DNA of 62,849 nt, the filler included, from Vannella sp. (Eukaryota), in the NCBI GenBank assembly GCA_023345925.1. It is 6 parts of 6 records of this genome, joined end to end, with 100 filler letters (N's around TTAATTAATTAA, not from the genome) between each part and the next. Parts side by side here need not be neighbours in the genome. Positions count along the whole stretch, not along the records: positions 1 to 13,784 come from JAJQQN010001136.1; 5 more parts are not named here. The stretch is one strand, 5' to 3'. Numbering within the stretch: the first letter of the stretch is position 1; the number at the start of each line of letters is the position of its first letter. Shown here piece after piece: positions 1-11,410 of this stretch. The notes below the pieces were generated by a model that saw only the letters and a list, made by a program, of their open reading frames with translations, did not search any database and had not been told where the DNA came from. The position numbers and the translations under genes are program-made.

Positions 1-5
1 AGCTC

Positions 6-19
6 GGGTTTAGGGTTTA
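6..19 (+). promoter_or_regulatory. Telo-box-like tandem GGGTTTA x2 just upstream of the NOM1 ATG
   Basis: gggtttagggttta at 6-19; regulatory role is inferred. Confidence 0.4.
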
Positions 20-32
20 TGTCATTTATTGG

Positions 33-2481
33 ATGCCTCGTCAAGGCGCACCACAGATCCCTTTGGCCTTGCGGCAGAAGCTTGCAGAGCAGGACGAGGT
101 GAATGAGGGGAGGAAGGAGGAGAGGATGGTGTCTGCTTCAATCGGGAAGATCAGCAAGACTTCGCGCAAGGACGAGCGGAAGAGGCAGCGCTCAGAGAAG
201 AAGGTCCGACGCGCAGCATTCCACGGGCAAGCGCCAGTCGCCATCAAGCCACTCAGAGCTACAAAGCAGGCTAAGCGGTCTGATCAGCCAGCAAAGAGCC
301 AGAAAGTCGCCATCGTTCCAGCGAAACGGGTGAGTGCCTCTCTTTCTCGAGTAGTAGAGCCCCCACAGCTCTCTCGTGAAGACGAAGAGATCGCCTTCTA
401 CGAGAAGAAGCTTCGACGCTTCCCAATCAAGCACTCAGAGTTCGAGGGTACGCGTTATCACGCCTCAACTCTTCAGGAGAAGGACTAACTCGCTCACTGG
501 ATGAGTCCAGACATCCTCAAAGGTATCACTGCTGGTACAAGTGAAGTATTCGATCCAAACAATCCCGCTTTGCTGGGATCAGACGACGAAGCACCTTCCG
601 ATCCGTTCAACTTTAATGGGATCGAGAGTGGATCGGACGAGGAAGCCTCTGAAAGCGAGAATGGAGGAGAAGAAGCCCTTGATAGTGAAGTAGATGATGG
701 ATCAGACACTCTTGACGCCTTCTCTGACGACGAAGAAGCGGAAGAAAGCGAGCCTCCTCGCAAAAGAGTCAAAATCGATGTCCCACAAGCTCCTTCAGCA
801 GCTCCTGGTGGGAAATACATTCCTCCTAGCATGAGGCGCCAATTGGAAGCAGCTTCACAACCAATCAGACCATCTTCACTCACTGAATTGACTCGAAAGG
901 TCCGCGGATTGCTTAACCGAGTGTCAGAAGGGAACATGGTGAACGTTAGCAGTGAAATCCAAACCTTTTTCACCTCTTTCACACGTCATGGTGAGTTCCC
1001 CCGCCTCTCTCTTCTCACAAAGGATAGAGACTGACAATAGGACCAAGAGGTGAACGAATGCCTGAGCGGATGTATCTTGGAGGATTGTGGTGCTGAGGCA
1101 GCACAGCTTACTCTTCTCCCTGTTTACGCGGGGATGGTGGCATTGCTTCATTTGAACGTTGGAAGTGACGTTGGAGGAAGCTTCCTTAACTATTGGAGCG
1201 TCAAATGCTCTGAATATGAAGCCAAAGACCACAAAGAAGCCTATGTTAACTGCATTAAGCTTCTTGGATTCCTTTACAACTTCCAGATAGTTCATTGCTC
1301 GCTCCTGTTCGATATCATTCGAAGTGCAATTAGTCGATTCCAAGAGTTGGACATCGAGACCCTTCTTGCTCTCTTGAAGATAACCGGATTAGACCTGCGA
1401 ACAGATGATCCTAATGCACTCAAGGATATCATTTTGGCGCTACAAGAGCGTGTGCTTCAATTGGAATCCTCCCACAAGAAGGACATTGGGGAGCAGTTCG
1501 GCCTTCGCGTCAAGTTCATGCTTGACCTGATTTATGATCTCAAAAGCAACAAGAAGAACCACTTTGCAACTGGCAAGGCCCCCAGTAATCTTCTAGCGCT
1601 TGTCAAGAAGGCAAGAGCAAACTCTCTCTCTGAGCAACTCCAAGTCACTTTGAAAGAGCTGAGCGAAGGAGCTTTGGGAGCCAAGAAATGGTGGATTCGG
1701 GGAACCTCCCAGCTAAGACCTCAAAACGCATCCCTGAAAGCTACAACGGAGGTCCAGGATAAGCTTATGCGATTAGCAAAGAAGCAGGGAATGAATACAG
1801 ATGTGCGAAGAGCCATCTTCGCAGCCATCATGGGTGCTGACGACTTTCTTGATGCCTTTGAGAACATCCACAAACTTGAACTGAAAGGTAAACAAGACCG
1901 AGAAGTCGTTCATGTCCTGGTCCATTGCTGCCTCAAGGTAAAATGCCCAAATTGTTCAATTTCACTATCTGACTTGATGCGAGTAGGAGAAGACTTATAA
2001 CCCTTTCTACGGTTACTTGGCAGTGAAGCTTTGCAGCTTTGACTACAACCAAAAGTTCACTTTCCAGTATAACTTTTGGGACCGCTTCCGCCGAATTCAC
2101 GAGGAAGAACTGCCTCTCGTCCTACATCTGGCCCGTCTTTTGGCCCATTTAGTTGGGCAACAAGCTCTCTCCCTCACCATCTTCAAAGCTGTGGACTTCT
2201 TCCAACTCAAAGCAATGGACGTGCTGTTCTACCGGTTGGTATTCACTCGTCTTTTTGCCGATAATCCGCTTCAAACAGTTTGCCAACTCTTTGAGAGGCT
2301 CTCTTCCGATGTGAAGCAGATTCCTGTGAGAGAAAGTCTCCAGAATTTCTTTAAAAGTGCCTTCCGCAAGTCCTCCCTCCAACAAAGGGAGTTATACACT
2401 GAAGAGGAAGCTGCTAAGATCCGCCAGTGCCTCAAAGAGATCGCTACCATCTTCCGTCAGGCCCCCACAAATCTTGTCTAA
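33..2481 (+). CDS. NOM1: Nucleolar MIF4G/MA3-domain protein (NOM1/Sgd1), 4 exons
   Basis: KYIPPSMRR, RKVRGLLNRVSEGNM (MIF4G start), GMNTDVRRAIFAAIMGADDFLDAFE and EKTYNPFYGYLA (MA3). GT-AG introns at about 448-510, 991-1047 and 1938-1986 join the ORFs in frame. Confidence 0.88.
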
Positions 2482-2534
2482 TCCAAGAGAAGCTTCTTGG
2501 GAACGACTAAAAAGGTTTAAGAGCTTGCTCATGA

Positions 2535-5113
2535 TCACGATGGCCTCCTTCGTGGGTTCCCAGGCGCGAAGACGTCGTCCTCTCGGTACCTCGGAGGGGA
2601 TTTGCTTTGAGGGGGCTCCTCTTTGGGAGGTTCACGGGAGAATATTCTTTGCCAGAATGGCTTTTGGACCGCTGGCTCTGCTAACTCTTTGTGCTTCAAC
2701 AAGAGCGCGTTATACTTGGTCTTGACCTCAGTGACATGCTCGAGCAACCGATTCTGCTTGGAATAGAGTTCAGCGCAATTCAGGAACATCTCAAACAGTT
2801 GATAGGCCAATTCGTTTCCGTGTCCAAGATACTTTTGCTCTGTTTCCTTCTCCATCAGCTTCTTGATGTCTGTTGTGACAGATTCGATGACGGCCTTGGA
2901 AATGACGTGAAGTTCTTCGATTTTTAAGACAGTCTTCATGGTGGGGCTCTTAATCACTTTCTGTGCGTACGAGAATCGTTCTCGTAAGCGGAACAAGTGT
3001 TCTAGAACTGAGATTTCTTTCTCCTTAGCTTCGTAGGCCTTTCCTTCCAAATCCCGAATGCGAGAAGTGAGAAGCGCTTCTTGACTTTCTTTGCTCTCTT
3101 GGGCCTCTTCAAGCTGAGCTCGGAAGCGTTGATGAGCAACACCAAGCTGCTTGATAGAACCACGGAGAACACGAATATCTTGAGTCTGCTGCTTAATCTT
3201 GGCTTGTTGGTCTGTTCCACTGACTTGGAGACCTTCTTCTGTCTCTTTTAATAGAGAAACAGTCTTTTCAAGCTCTTTGATCCTCTCATCCTTCTCCACC
3301 AGGTGAGTTTGAAGCTCTTCCACTTGTCTAACTGCTACTTCCAACATTTCCTTGCTCACTAAAGGTGATGAAGAGGATTCTGACTCTGGCGCCTCTTCCG
3401 CAGTCTCCAGGTACTCCTCAGTATCTTCAGGCTCTGGCAAGAGAGTCTCTGTAATGGCCACATCCAAGTCCTGTGCTGCTGGACCCTCTTCGGTGTCTTG
3501 AGTCTCTTCAATGGGTTCGAATGTGGCCAATGAGGGCACCTCCTCTGTAGGACCCTCTGCAGTCAGATCCTCCAACAGGTCATCCAGGGATGTCTTGACT
3601 ACAATCTCAGCGGCAGGCTGTAGCTGGATCTCCATCTGACGAGGAGTTGTTGGTGGAGTGGGCAGTGGCGCAGACACTTCTGGTGCCTCTGGAACACTCA
3701 GCTCCTCAGAGATGGTGGGAGCCACCTCTTGCTCGTCATCAGAGTCCTCTCCAAGAGCATAGAAGGAAGCTGGCATCTCCCAATCCACTTGAACGCCCAC
3801 CGAATGCGTTACTGGTGGAAGGGGCACGACCACAACAGGCACAGGCTCCAAAGCCTCCAACTCTGAAGCCAAAGAATCCCCAAACTCGTCAGCCAGCGAC
3901 CCCAATCCGCTCCGTTCCTCTTCAATCTCCTTCAAACGCTGATTCACCATCATCTCGATCTGCTTCTCCACCTCTGACTGCATCATAGTGTCGACAGAGC
4001 TCCCTCCCGTGAAGGAGTTACTCCTAGTCGCCTGTCAGCCCTGACAGGAAGGCCACAGGAGAGACTTACGACTCGGCTTGGCGCTTGAGAGCGGCGTTGG
4101 TCTGTTGAGCTTCACGTAGAAGGGCTTTGTACTCCCTTTGCTCGTCTTGTAAGACTTGATTGGCATGAACAAGAGAGTTGACAGCCTGCAGGAGCGCATG
4201 CTTCTCTGCTACTTCCTCTTGCATCATCGAGTTCTCGCTTTCCAGCTGCTCCTGGCAGTGAGAAGGCGCTGAATGTATATGATGGAAGAGCTTGCCTGTT
4301 GTACGCGCATTCGAAGCTTCTGGTTGACTTCCTGCTGTTGGGCAGCACCTGCAGATTGGCGGCGAAGTTCTTGGAGCTCTTTGAGGTAAGCAGAGCTCTC
4401 CTCTGATGGCTGAGATGCCATCTCCTGTATAGTGCGTTGTGAAGCTGGGTTTTCTATCGGTTAGAGACCTAATAGAAGGGCAACCACTCAGCAACACACC
4501 TTGAAGGCGGTCCTTGAGATTTACCAGCTCCTGGTTCTTCCGTAGGAGCCCCTCAATACGTTCGTTTGCTTCCCGAAGCTCCATTTCACAGCTTTCACAC
4601 TAAAGGTTGGCGCCTCTCAGTACATACGGCGAGTGGGGATGAGGGATCATCTCGTCCCTCTGCTGTTAAGCAAAGCTACGTACCTTAGAGTTGAGTAGTT
4701 GGATCTGTTGCTTGAGCTGATGACTTGTTTGCTGATAGAGCTTACGATTGGCTTGCAATTCCTCCTCTAACTGGATGCTTTTCTCCGTTATGTCTTCGAT
4801 CTCTCCAACAGCGCCACGACTCCGCTGTATCCCAGTGAGTAGAGCTCAACCAACAGATAGAAGGAGCTCAGTTGATCATAGAGCGAGGCAAAGAAGGGGA
4901 ACAAGGAAGAAAGAAGGAGGAGAGGAAGAAACCAACATTCTTGTGCAAAGCGAGCTTCTGCGATAGCTCGCGGTTCTCCTCTGCCAAGCTTTTGAACTCC
5001 AACTCCAGCTCGGTGTTCCTCTCCAACAACTCCCTCCCCATCTCTGCAGCCAGCAGAAGGTCCCGTTCCCTCGCCTCCAACTCCTGAACCCGCTCCAGCA
5101 GTTGCCGGTCCAT
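2535..5113 (-). CDS. Long multi-exon coiled-coil protein with N-terminal CC1-box (HAP1_N/BICD-like), candidate dynein adaptor
   Basis: ERDLLLAAEMGRELLERN at the N-terminus; heptad-rich exons in ORFs 4868-5113, 4066-4584 and 2535-3986; acidic/Pro-rich middle. Exon joining is approximate. Confidence 0.6.
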
Positions 5114-5203
5114 CTCAAAAATGCCGAATTGCAGCCCTTTAAATTATTCCAAGAGAAAGTCGGTTTTAAGATTTATTTTGGATGGAGATCTCAAACCCCT
5201 AAA

Positions 5204-5789
5204 ATGGGGTTCCACCCGAAGGACAGTTCCTTTAGCCTCTTCGGTTGAGACGTGTTGAACCGCGCTCTGCCTGCCACTCATTTCCATGAGCAACGGATGC
5301 TTGTAGGTGACGAAGAAGAAGGTTGAATGGATGACTGACCTACTTGAGGAAGGACGAGCACAACAGGGACCGGAAAGATCTCCTACACAACTGCCATCTT
5401 CTCCATTCGACAATGCAAGATCTGCAATGAATCCGAAACGTCTCAATGGCGAAGAGGCCCTGACGGGAAACGTGAGTGACTCCCTCCCAATGCTCTCATC
5501 GATCTCCCACATGTCGTCCCCATCACTTTCTTTTGCTCTCATGAGAGGCACTTCTCCCCTTGGATGACACCACGAAGAGATGGAAGGCTTTCAGACAAAG
5601 AAGAAAACTGACTGGACGGGATGTTCGCTCTCTGATGGCGATGTAGCGAGCCTTTGCAACGCTTGTGGGCTTCGATTCAACACGATGATGAAGCGAGAGA
5701 GGCTAATTCCTCCGAATAACGACCCCAAACCGATCCCGGTAGCCTTCTTACTCAACACAATGGATGAAGACACCGACGAGGACACCTGA
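5204..5789 (+). CDS. Small GATA zinc-finger transcription factor
   Basis: Splicing intron 5472-5646 (GTGAGT...TAG) gives [30 protein letters not shown] (C-x2-C-x18-C-x2-C). The 5' exons and start codon are uncertain. Confidence 0.85.
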
Positions 5790-5925
5790 TGGGCTGATCT
5801 GTGGTTCTCCTGTACAATACACCGTGTAGTTTAACGCTTCGTCTTCATAGCTTGGCGAGAAGCACAGTACTAAAGCTTAAGGGCACCTTAGAGAGGATAT
5901 ACGGAGGTTTGGTACGACAAACAGT

Positions 5926-6849
5926 TTAGTTCTTCCTCTTGTTCAACGTGGCCGACTCCTTCTTGGTGGTCTTGTCGGCTGGCTGGGGTTCTGCCTTCTT
6001 GTCGGCTTTCTTAGAGTCCTCCTTCTTGTCGGCTTTCTTGGTTACCTCCTTGTTCTCGGTGGTGTCCTTCGCATCAGACTTCTTGTCTGCCTTCTTGTTT
6101 TCAGCCTTGTTGGGCTCCTCCTGGTCAACAGATGGAGCACAGAAGTATCCTGCAAGTACGAGAAGAAGGGTTACACCTCCCCCACCAACCATCAAGACTG
6201 TGGGAGTCGAGTAGCGCTCCAAGTCCAAGAGGGCACTGACGTCAATGGAATCACCATTCTTCTGTGCTTTGAGCAACTGAGCCTGACGAATTGCTCGATA
6301 ATCAATGGCACGAGGCACTTCACGACGAGGAGCACGAAGGTAGTCCTCCTGGACAAAAGCGATGAAGTCTTCAGCAGACCGATCTCCGTTGTACTCGTAG
6401 AAGATGTTATCCTTCAAGCTGTGTGTGGGTAGAAAATCAGTAGGTTCAGATCAGTGTCTTCTTGGAGAGGGACTCACAAGAGGATGGTGGGAGCATTGGT
6501 GAGTCCCCAATACTGGCAAAGAAGTTGATCAGCATTGCAGTTCACCACGGCAGGGATGACGTCGGGTACGGCAGCATCAACGAATTCTAACCAAGCAGGG
6601 ACCAGGGCCTTGCAGTAGTCGCAGTCTGGGCTGTAGCTGTGGGCCATATGTAAGTGACAAGAGGATAAAGGCAGGGGCCCTCTGCAGCACGTACAACTTG
6701 ATAAGAAGTCCAGTTTCAGGCCTCAACTCGATGAGTGCGTCATTAACGACACTCTCGTTGAGCTTGACAATGCGGCCGTTAGTGATGGTCTGTCCTTGGG
6801 AAAGAACAACCAAGCAGGCAATGATCAGAAGAAGGAGACCACGTGCCAT
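5926..6849 (-). CDS. Thioredoxin-related transmembrane protein (TMX-like), ER
   Basis: Signal peptide; middle exon YSPDCDYCKALVPAW...VNC...PTIL; YEYNGDRSAEDFIAF; TM helix; Lys-rich tail with KKADKK repeats ending KRKN. Confidence 0.8.
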
Positions 6850-7118
6850 CAGGGGAAGAAGGGGACTGACCTGTCAGCGATCGATTGGTCTAAATTTTTG
6901 CTTACGCATTTTGCTGATAAGGCTCAACCCCAGATTAATCGATGAGGATTAAATCCTGTGTCATAATGCATCAAAGGTTGTGATTTTTTAGAGAGGCTTT
7001 TCTGGCACATGGACCAATCAGGGAGAACCTGACCATTTGTTTAGCTGAAGCGCGGAGCGGGGATTGTCAGCTCTGTCAAGATCTTTGTCATTTCCATTAA
7101 TCTCTTTCATTTGCGTTG

Positions 7119-7931
7119 ATGACGCCTCCCCTCTACCACAAGGAGGCGCTGCTCTCCTATGATCCAGCCCTGTTCCCCTTCCACGACATTGTTCTCAAGA
7201 TGTTCGAAGCGGAAGGGCACTCAGGACGACTCATTAGCTTGAAGAGCCTTCACCTTCTCCAAGAAGGAGCTATGGAGCCTGGCTTTGTGGATCCTACCAA
7301 GGATCAGCAAACGCCCTTTCATCGTACATTCTACAACTCTGCCTCATTGGCAGAGTTTGATTCCCTTTACCTCAAGTGGATTCGAGAAGCAATCAGTAAG
7401 CCTGCACGCGCACACTTCTGTCCCTGACCTGCATGGTAGTCCCTTCCATTGCGAGGGACTTCCCGCAGGAGACCTCCATCGTTTACCAGAAGAGACCCAC
7501 GTTTAGAGTCTGCCTACCAAACAACTTGGCCGTGGGAGGGCGCCACTGCGACGCCGACTACAATCACCCAGAGGAGGAGATCAACTATTGGGTGCCATTG
7601 ACCCCAGCCTTCGGAACTAACGCGTTCTTTACCGAGTCAGACCCAGGAAAGGGCGACTTCCATCCGTTCCCCAGAACACTGGATGTTGGAGAGATTCTCC
7701 GCTTCTGGGGGAACAAGTGTGAGCACTACAATGAACTGAACACCACAGGTATGAGCAGTTGCAATGAATGACATCACGTGTGCCTCACTCTCATAAGGTC
7801 AGACAAGAGTGAGCTTCGATATGAGGATAATATTAGGTTCGGAGTGGAAGCCCAGCAACCGCTCAAGTGTGGCAGCCACCGTTAAATTTGATGTTGGCCA
7901 ATATTTTGAAAGATTAGAGTTTAACTCGTAA
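7119..7931 (+). CDS. 2OG-Fe(II) dioxygenase-like protein (StrG-like family), 3 exons
   Basis: YQKRPTFRVCLP, H-C-D, EINYWVPLT, distal His (CEHYN), TRVSFDMR (RxS) after the intron at about 7749-7797. Confidence 0.7.
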
Positions 7932-8023
7932 GAAAATCATTCAAAACCCACAAGTTGAGCCAACTGCCCGGTTTCGATCTTTCAAAAAAATTGACGAAAG
8001 TTTCGGAATTTGTTATTCGGGGG

Positions 8024-8030
8024 TATAAAA
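8024..8030 (+). promoter_or_regulatory. TATA box candidate
   Basis: TATAAAA about 60 nt upstream of the ATG at 8090. Confidence 0.45.
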
Positions 8031-8089
8031 AGCAACGTTCTCGAATTTGGGGTTTGCCTTGTCGCCCGCCCCCAAACCTCGCAACGCTC

Positions 8090-9310
8090 ATGGTACCCGA
8101 GACCCACTCGCGTCCGCAGCGTGGCTCACATTGTAGCAGAAACCTTTGTTCCCCCAGGAAACGGTTACTGATACCAAGCCCCTGTTCGAAACCGACCTCG
8201 CTCTTCCTGAAGACGCTTTTCACAGCTTCTTCGAGATCGTTGAGAACACCCCCTCTTCAGTAACTGGGTACGATGTAACTCCCCCAGCAAACCAGTTTCC
8301 CTCCGTATGTCCTCATTATCGAGCATCAGCACTTTCTCACACTCTGTCTGCAGGAGTTCAACACCTTCTTCAACTTTTCGTACGAGGGCTTACCCCACGA
8401 GGCTGACTTTGGAATCCCAGAGCTTCCTTTGGAGGAATACATCAACGAGACCATCCCTCGACTCCAAAACGACCTCCCTGATCTCACCAAACTCACTGGA
8501 CGAGAGGCTCATGATCTCATCGTGAAGAAGTATGTCCCATCCAGCTTTGTTCCCCGCAGAGCTTCTCCAGGGCTCTTCCTTCGATGGAGCATCATTCCTC
8601 CTGACCGTGTCCACGCCACCAGCCCCTCCAAACTTGCTGATGGGAACCGTGCAGGCGGATCTTTCCAGTTCGCCATTGAAACCGTTGCCATTCGTGAGGA
8701 TGGAACGTTTGGTCCAGCACCTGTTGAAAAGGACTTGGTTCTTGTCGCCAACATCTACGGGAAGAAGAAGATCAAGTCCCCAAGCTACTCCTCTCAACCT
8801 GACGAAGAGCCCAGCGCAGAGAACATGACTCTCCTTGAGAACAACCCAGCGGGCAAGCCATTGTTGATCATGGAGAGCAACCCTTCTGGTCCTGTTGAGA
8901 TTCTTCTTAAGGCTGGAGAGTCTACTGCTTTCTTCGATGGGGTCTCCCTCACGTGTGGAAGCAATGCTGCTCGATCTCAGAGTGCCTCGGCTTCTGCCAA
9001 GGTATGGGATTGGGAGTACTTCCTGATCGTCAGCCCTGCCGATCAAGATGGCCTATGCTCGAAGAGCTTGATTCCTCAACTTATCACTACTGACTCCAAT
9101 CGCTCCCAGACCCGTGAGAAGCGAAAGCGCTCTAACGAGAGCGACGTTTCTCCTCCTGCCAAGCGGGTTGCGTGTCACTTTCCCGTGATTGCTCCTTACT
9201 ATGGATTGCTCCAATCCACTGCCATCCATCCCCACCATGGTCCTCCGCACCTTGTGCCCTACTTTGGACTTGGGAACCAGTTCCAGTTTCCAACTAAGAT
9301 CGCCTTTTAG
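8090..9310 (+). CDS. Uncharacterised protein, possibly an Ig-fold (p53/STAT/CudA-like) DNA-binding factor with basic NLS
   Basis: Long final exon (ORF 8429-9310) with a beta-strand-rich segment followed by REKRKR...PPAKR; strong C/T codon bias; short 5' exons. Function is a guess. Confidence 0.5.
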
Positions 9311-9601
9311 GCTTCGCACCTGCAACCCTCCTTTCTGCACCCTTCCTGCACCCTTCATATGTAATTACCATCACCCTCGCTGATCAGACTCGACGCTAGT
9401 CCTGCTGATCAGTCTTCATCCTCCATAGAACCCGTTCTGGACCATCTGCCATTTGCTCTGGCCCTTTACGGGTTCCTCTGTTTGTTTCGTCAACTTATGA
9501 CCATAAACCCCATCTACACCCTTCTCTTCGCCCTTCTTGACACTCAGAGTGTTGAAAAGAAGAAAGTGCAAGATCCTTCATTCCACCCTGGCTCGCTTCG
9601 G

Positions 9602-11360
9602 ATGCCATCGAACGCTGCCAAGCCGAAAGCCTCGCTTACGGAGGTTACGGAACGGCCTCGGTCAGAAACGCGGAACAGGAGGCTTTGGGTGACACTCGCC
9701 TTCCTTGGGATGTTCGTGGTGGGTGCGCCAGTGTGGTGGAAATCGACCGAGATCTACCGAGCAGAGTTGCCGTATGAGGATATCACTAGGTTGTATCAGG
9801 AGAGAGGCTTCTCTCAGCCCTTTCCCATTGAACTTCACCTCTTCCTTTGGCCTTCTCAGTTCTCTGGACAGGAGGAGCTCTTCGGTCAGAGAATCGCTGT
9901 CGCCCAGAGGAGGGACGCTTTGGGAGATGCCAGGGAAGAGTTTCGACTTCGAACTCACTCTTCTTATACTCCACTCCCCTCCAACTCTTCCTGTGAGGAG
10001 GTTGACCGGTGGCTTGAAGGACAAGAACGGCGGAATGGGGTGTACTCCTTCGTTGGTCTCCAGCAGGGCAACAGAGAGGATACCCAATTCACAATATGCC
10101 CTTCTGGTACAGTTCTAATGCGCCAAAGAGGCGAAGGAGGAAGTGAGCAGTCCTGGATAGAGTCTGCAGCGGAGATAGGCGCTCGCATGTTGGTCTCCTC
10201 ACCCTCAACAGAAGACAAGGTACATCCCACAGTAATCTGTTTCAAGGGAATGTCTGAAATGAGTTAGATGAGGAAGCGGGTACAAACCAATGCGGCATTC
10301 CGCATCACTTTCAGTCTCTTGCAAGACTCAACTGGATGGGAGGAGCCCTACACGTCCTGGGACCTATCTCAATACCTAAAAGGTACCCCTTCACAGCCAA
10401 CTGAGGCGTTCAGGACTCACCTCTCCTCCAGAGAAAGGAATTCTTCGCGAGTTCTTCGATCAACTCGGCGCCACCGCCGATATCACAGTCGACTCTCAGA
10501 TCAAGCACTTTGTTAGGCTACAGAAAGACCCCTCGTCTCATTCAAAGGAGGGAGAAGCGACCTATCACTCGTTCTCTGCCCCTGAGTTGCCTTACATCCT
10601 CGCTCACCCCAACGAGTGGAACTCTGACTTTGTGGCCACTTCCCAGCCTTCGTTACACTTCATTGTGTACGTCCCACCTCACCACTTCTCTCCTCTGGTC
10701 CTTCTTACGGATCAGGATGAGGGAGCATCACCGTACCAAGCCTACGTGATCCCCCAGACTGGTGGAGTGATCATTTACAACCGAGAGGACGAAGGGCACT
10801 CTGACACCCTCGACACAAGAGCTATGCATGGGTTGATTGAGATCTTCGTGGCGCAACTACGAACAGCCTTCGGTTTGGACACTTTCGGTGACCTTTCCTT
10901 GCTCCAGGAACAAGACATCGAGACTGTCCCTTCGCCCACTGGTATGACCGCTTGGGAGAGGGACCAACTCATTCGTGATCGCACCTTTGAGAACTTGCAG
11001 CAAGCCAGTAGCAACTTGCACTCTTTAGGAGAGTTGGTGCAGAAGCTCACCAACATGATGATCTCTGACCATATCCGCGCTATTGTAGCGCAAGCCATTG
11101 AAGCTCAGCGACTAGCGTATGCTTCTATCCAACGTGGAGACTATGAAGAAGCCCACCAACACTCGAAAGTGGCGATGCGCAACGCCCACGAAGCCTTCTT
11201 CGACCCTGACATGCTCAGCCTCTTGTACTTCCCTGATGAGCACAAGTTCGCCATTTACACTCCATTCTTCCTTCCCATCTCAGTGCCCTTGTTCCTTAAG
11301 CTTGTAGCGGAGATCAAGAAGCTGCGCGCTCCGAAAGTGGTGAAGGAGAAGGTGGAATAA
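9602..11360 (+). CDS. PIGS: GPI transamidase component PIG-S (Gpi17)
   Basis: GAPVWWKSTEIYRAELP; LHFIVYVP; AFFDPDMLSLLYFPDEHKFAIYTPFFLP; two introns. Confidence 0.93.
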
Positions 11361-11410
11361 ACGGTTCGAAGAAGGAACAGGGTTTGAGTGTATCAAGGAG
11401 AGTAGTTCGT

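Noticed and set aside
5950..6110. Tandem cttcttgtc repeats
   Set aside because: Encode the low-complexity KKADKK tail of the TMX-like protein.
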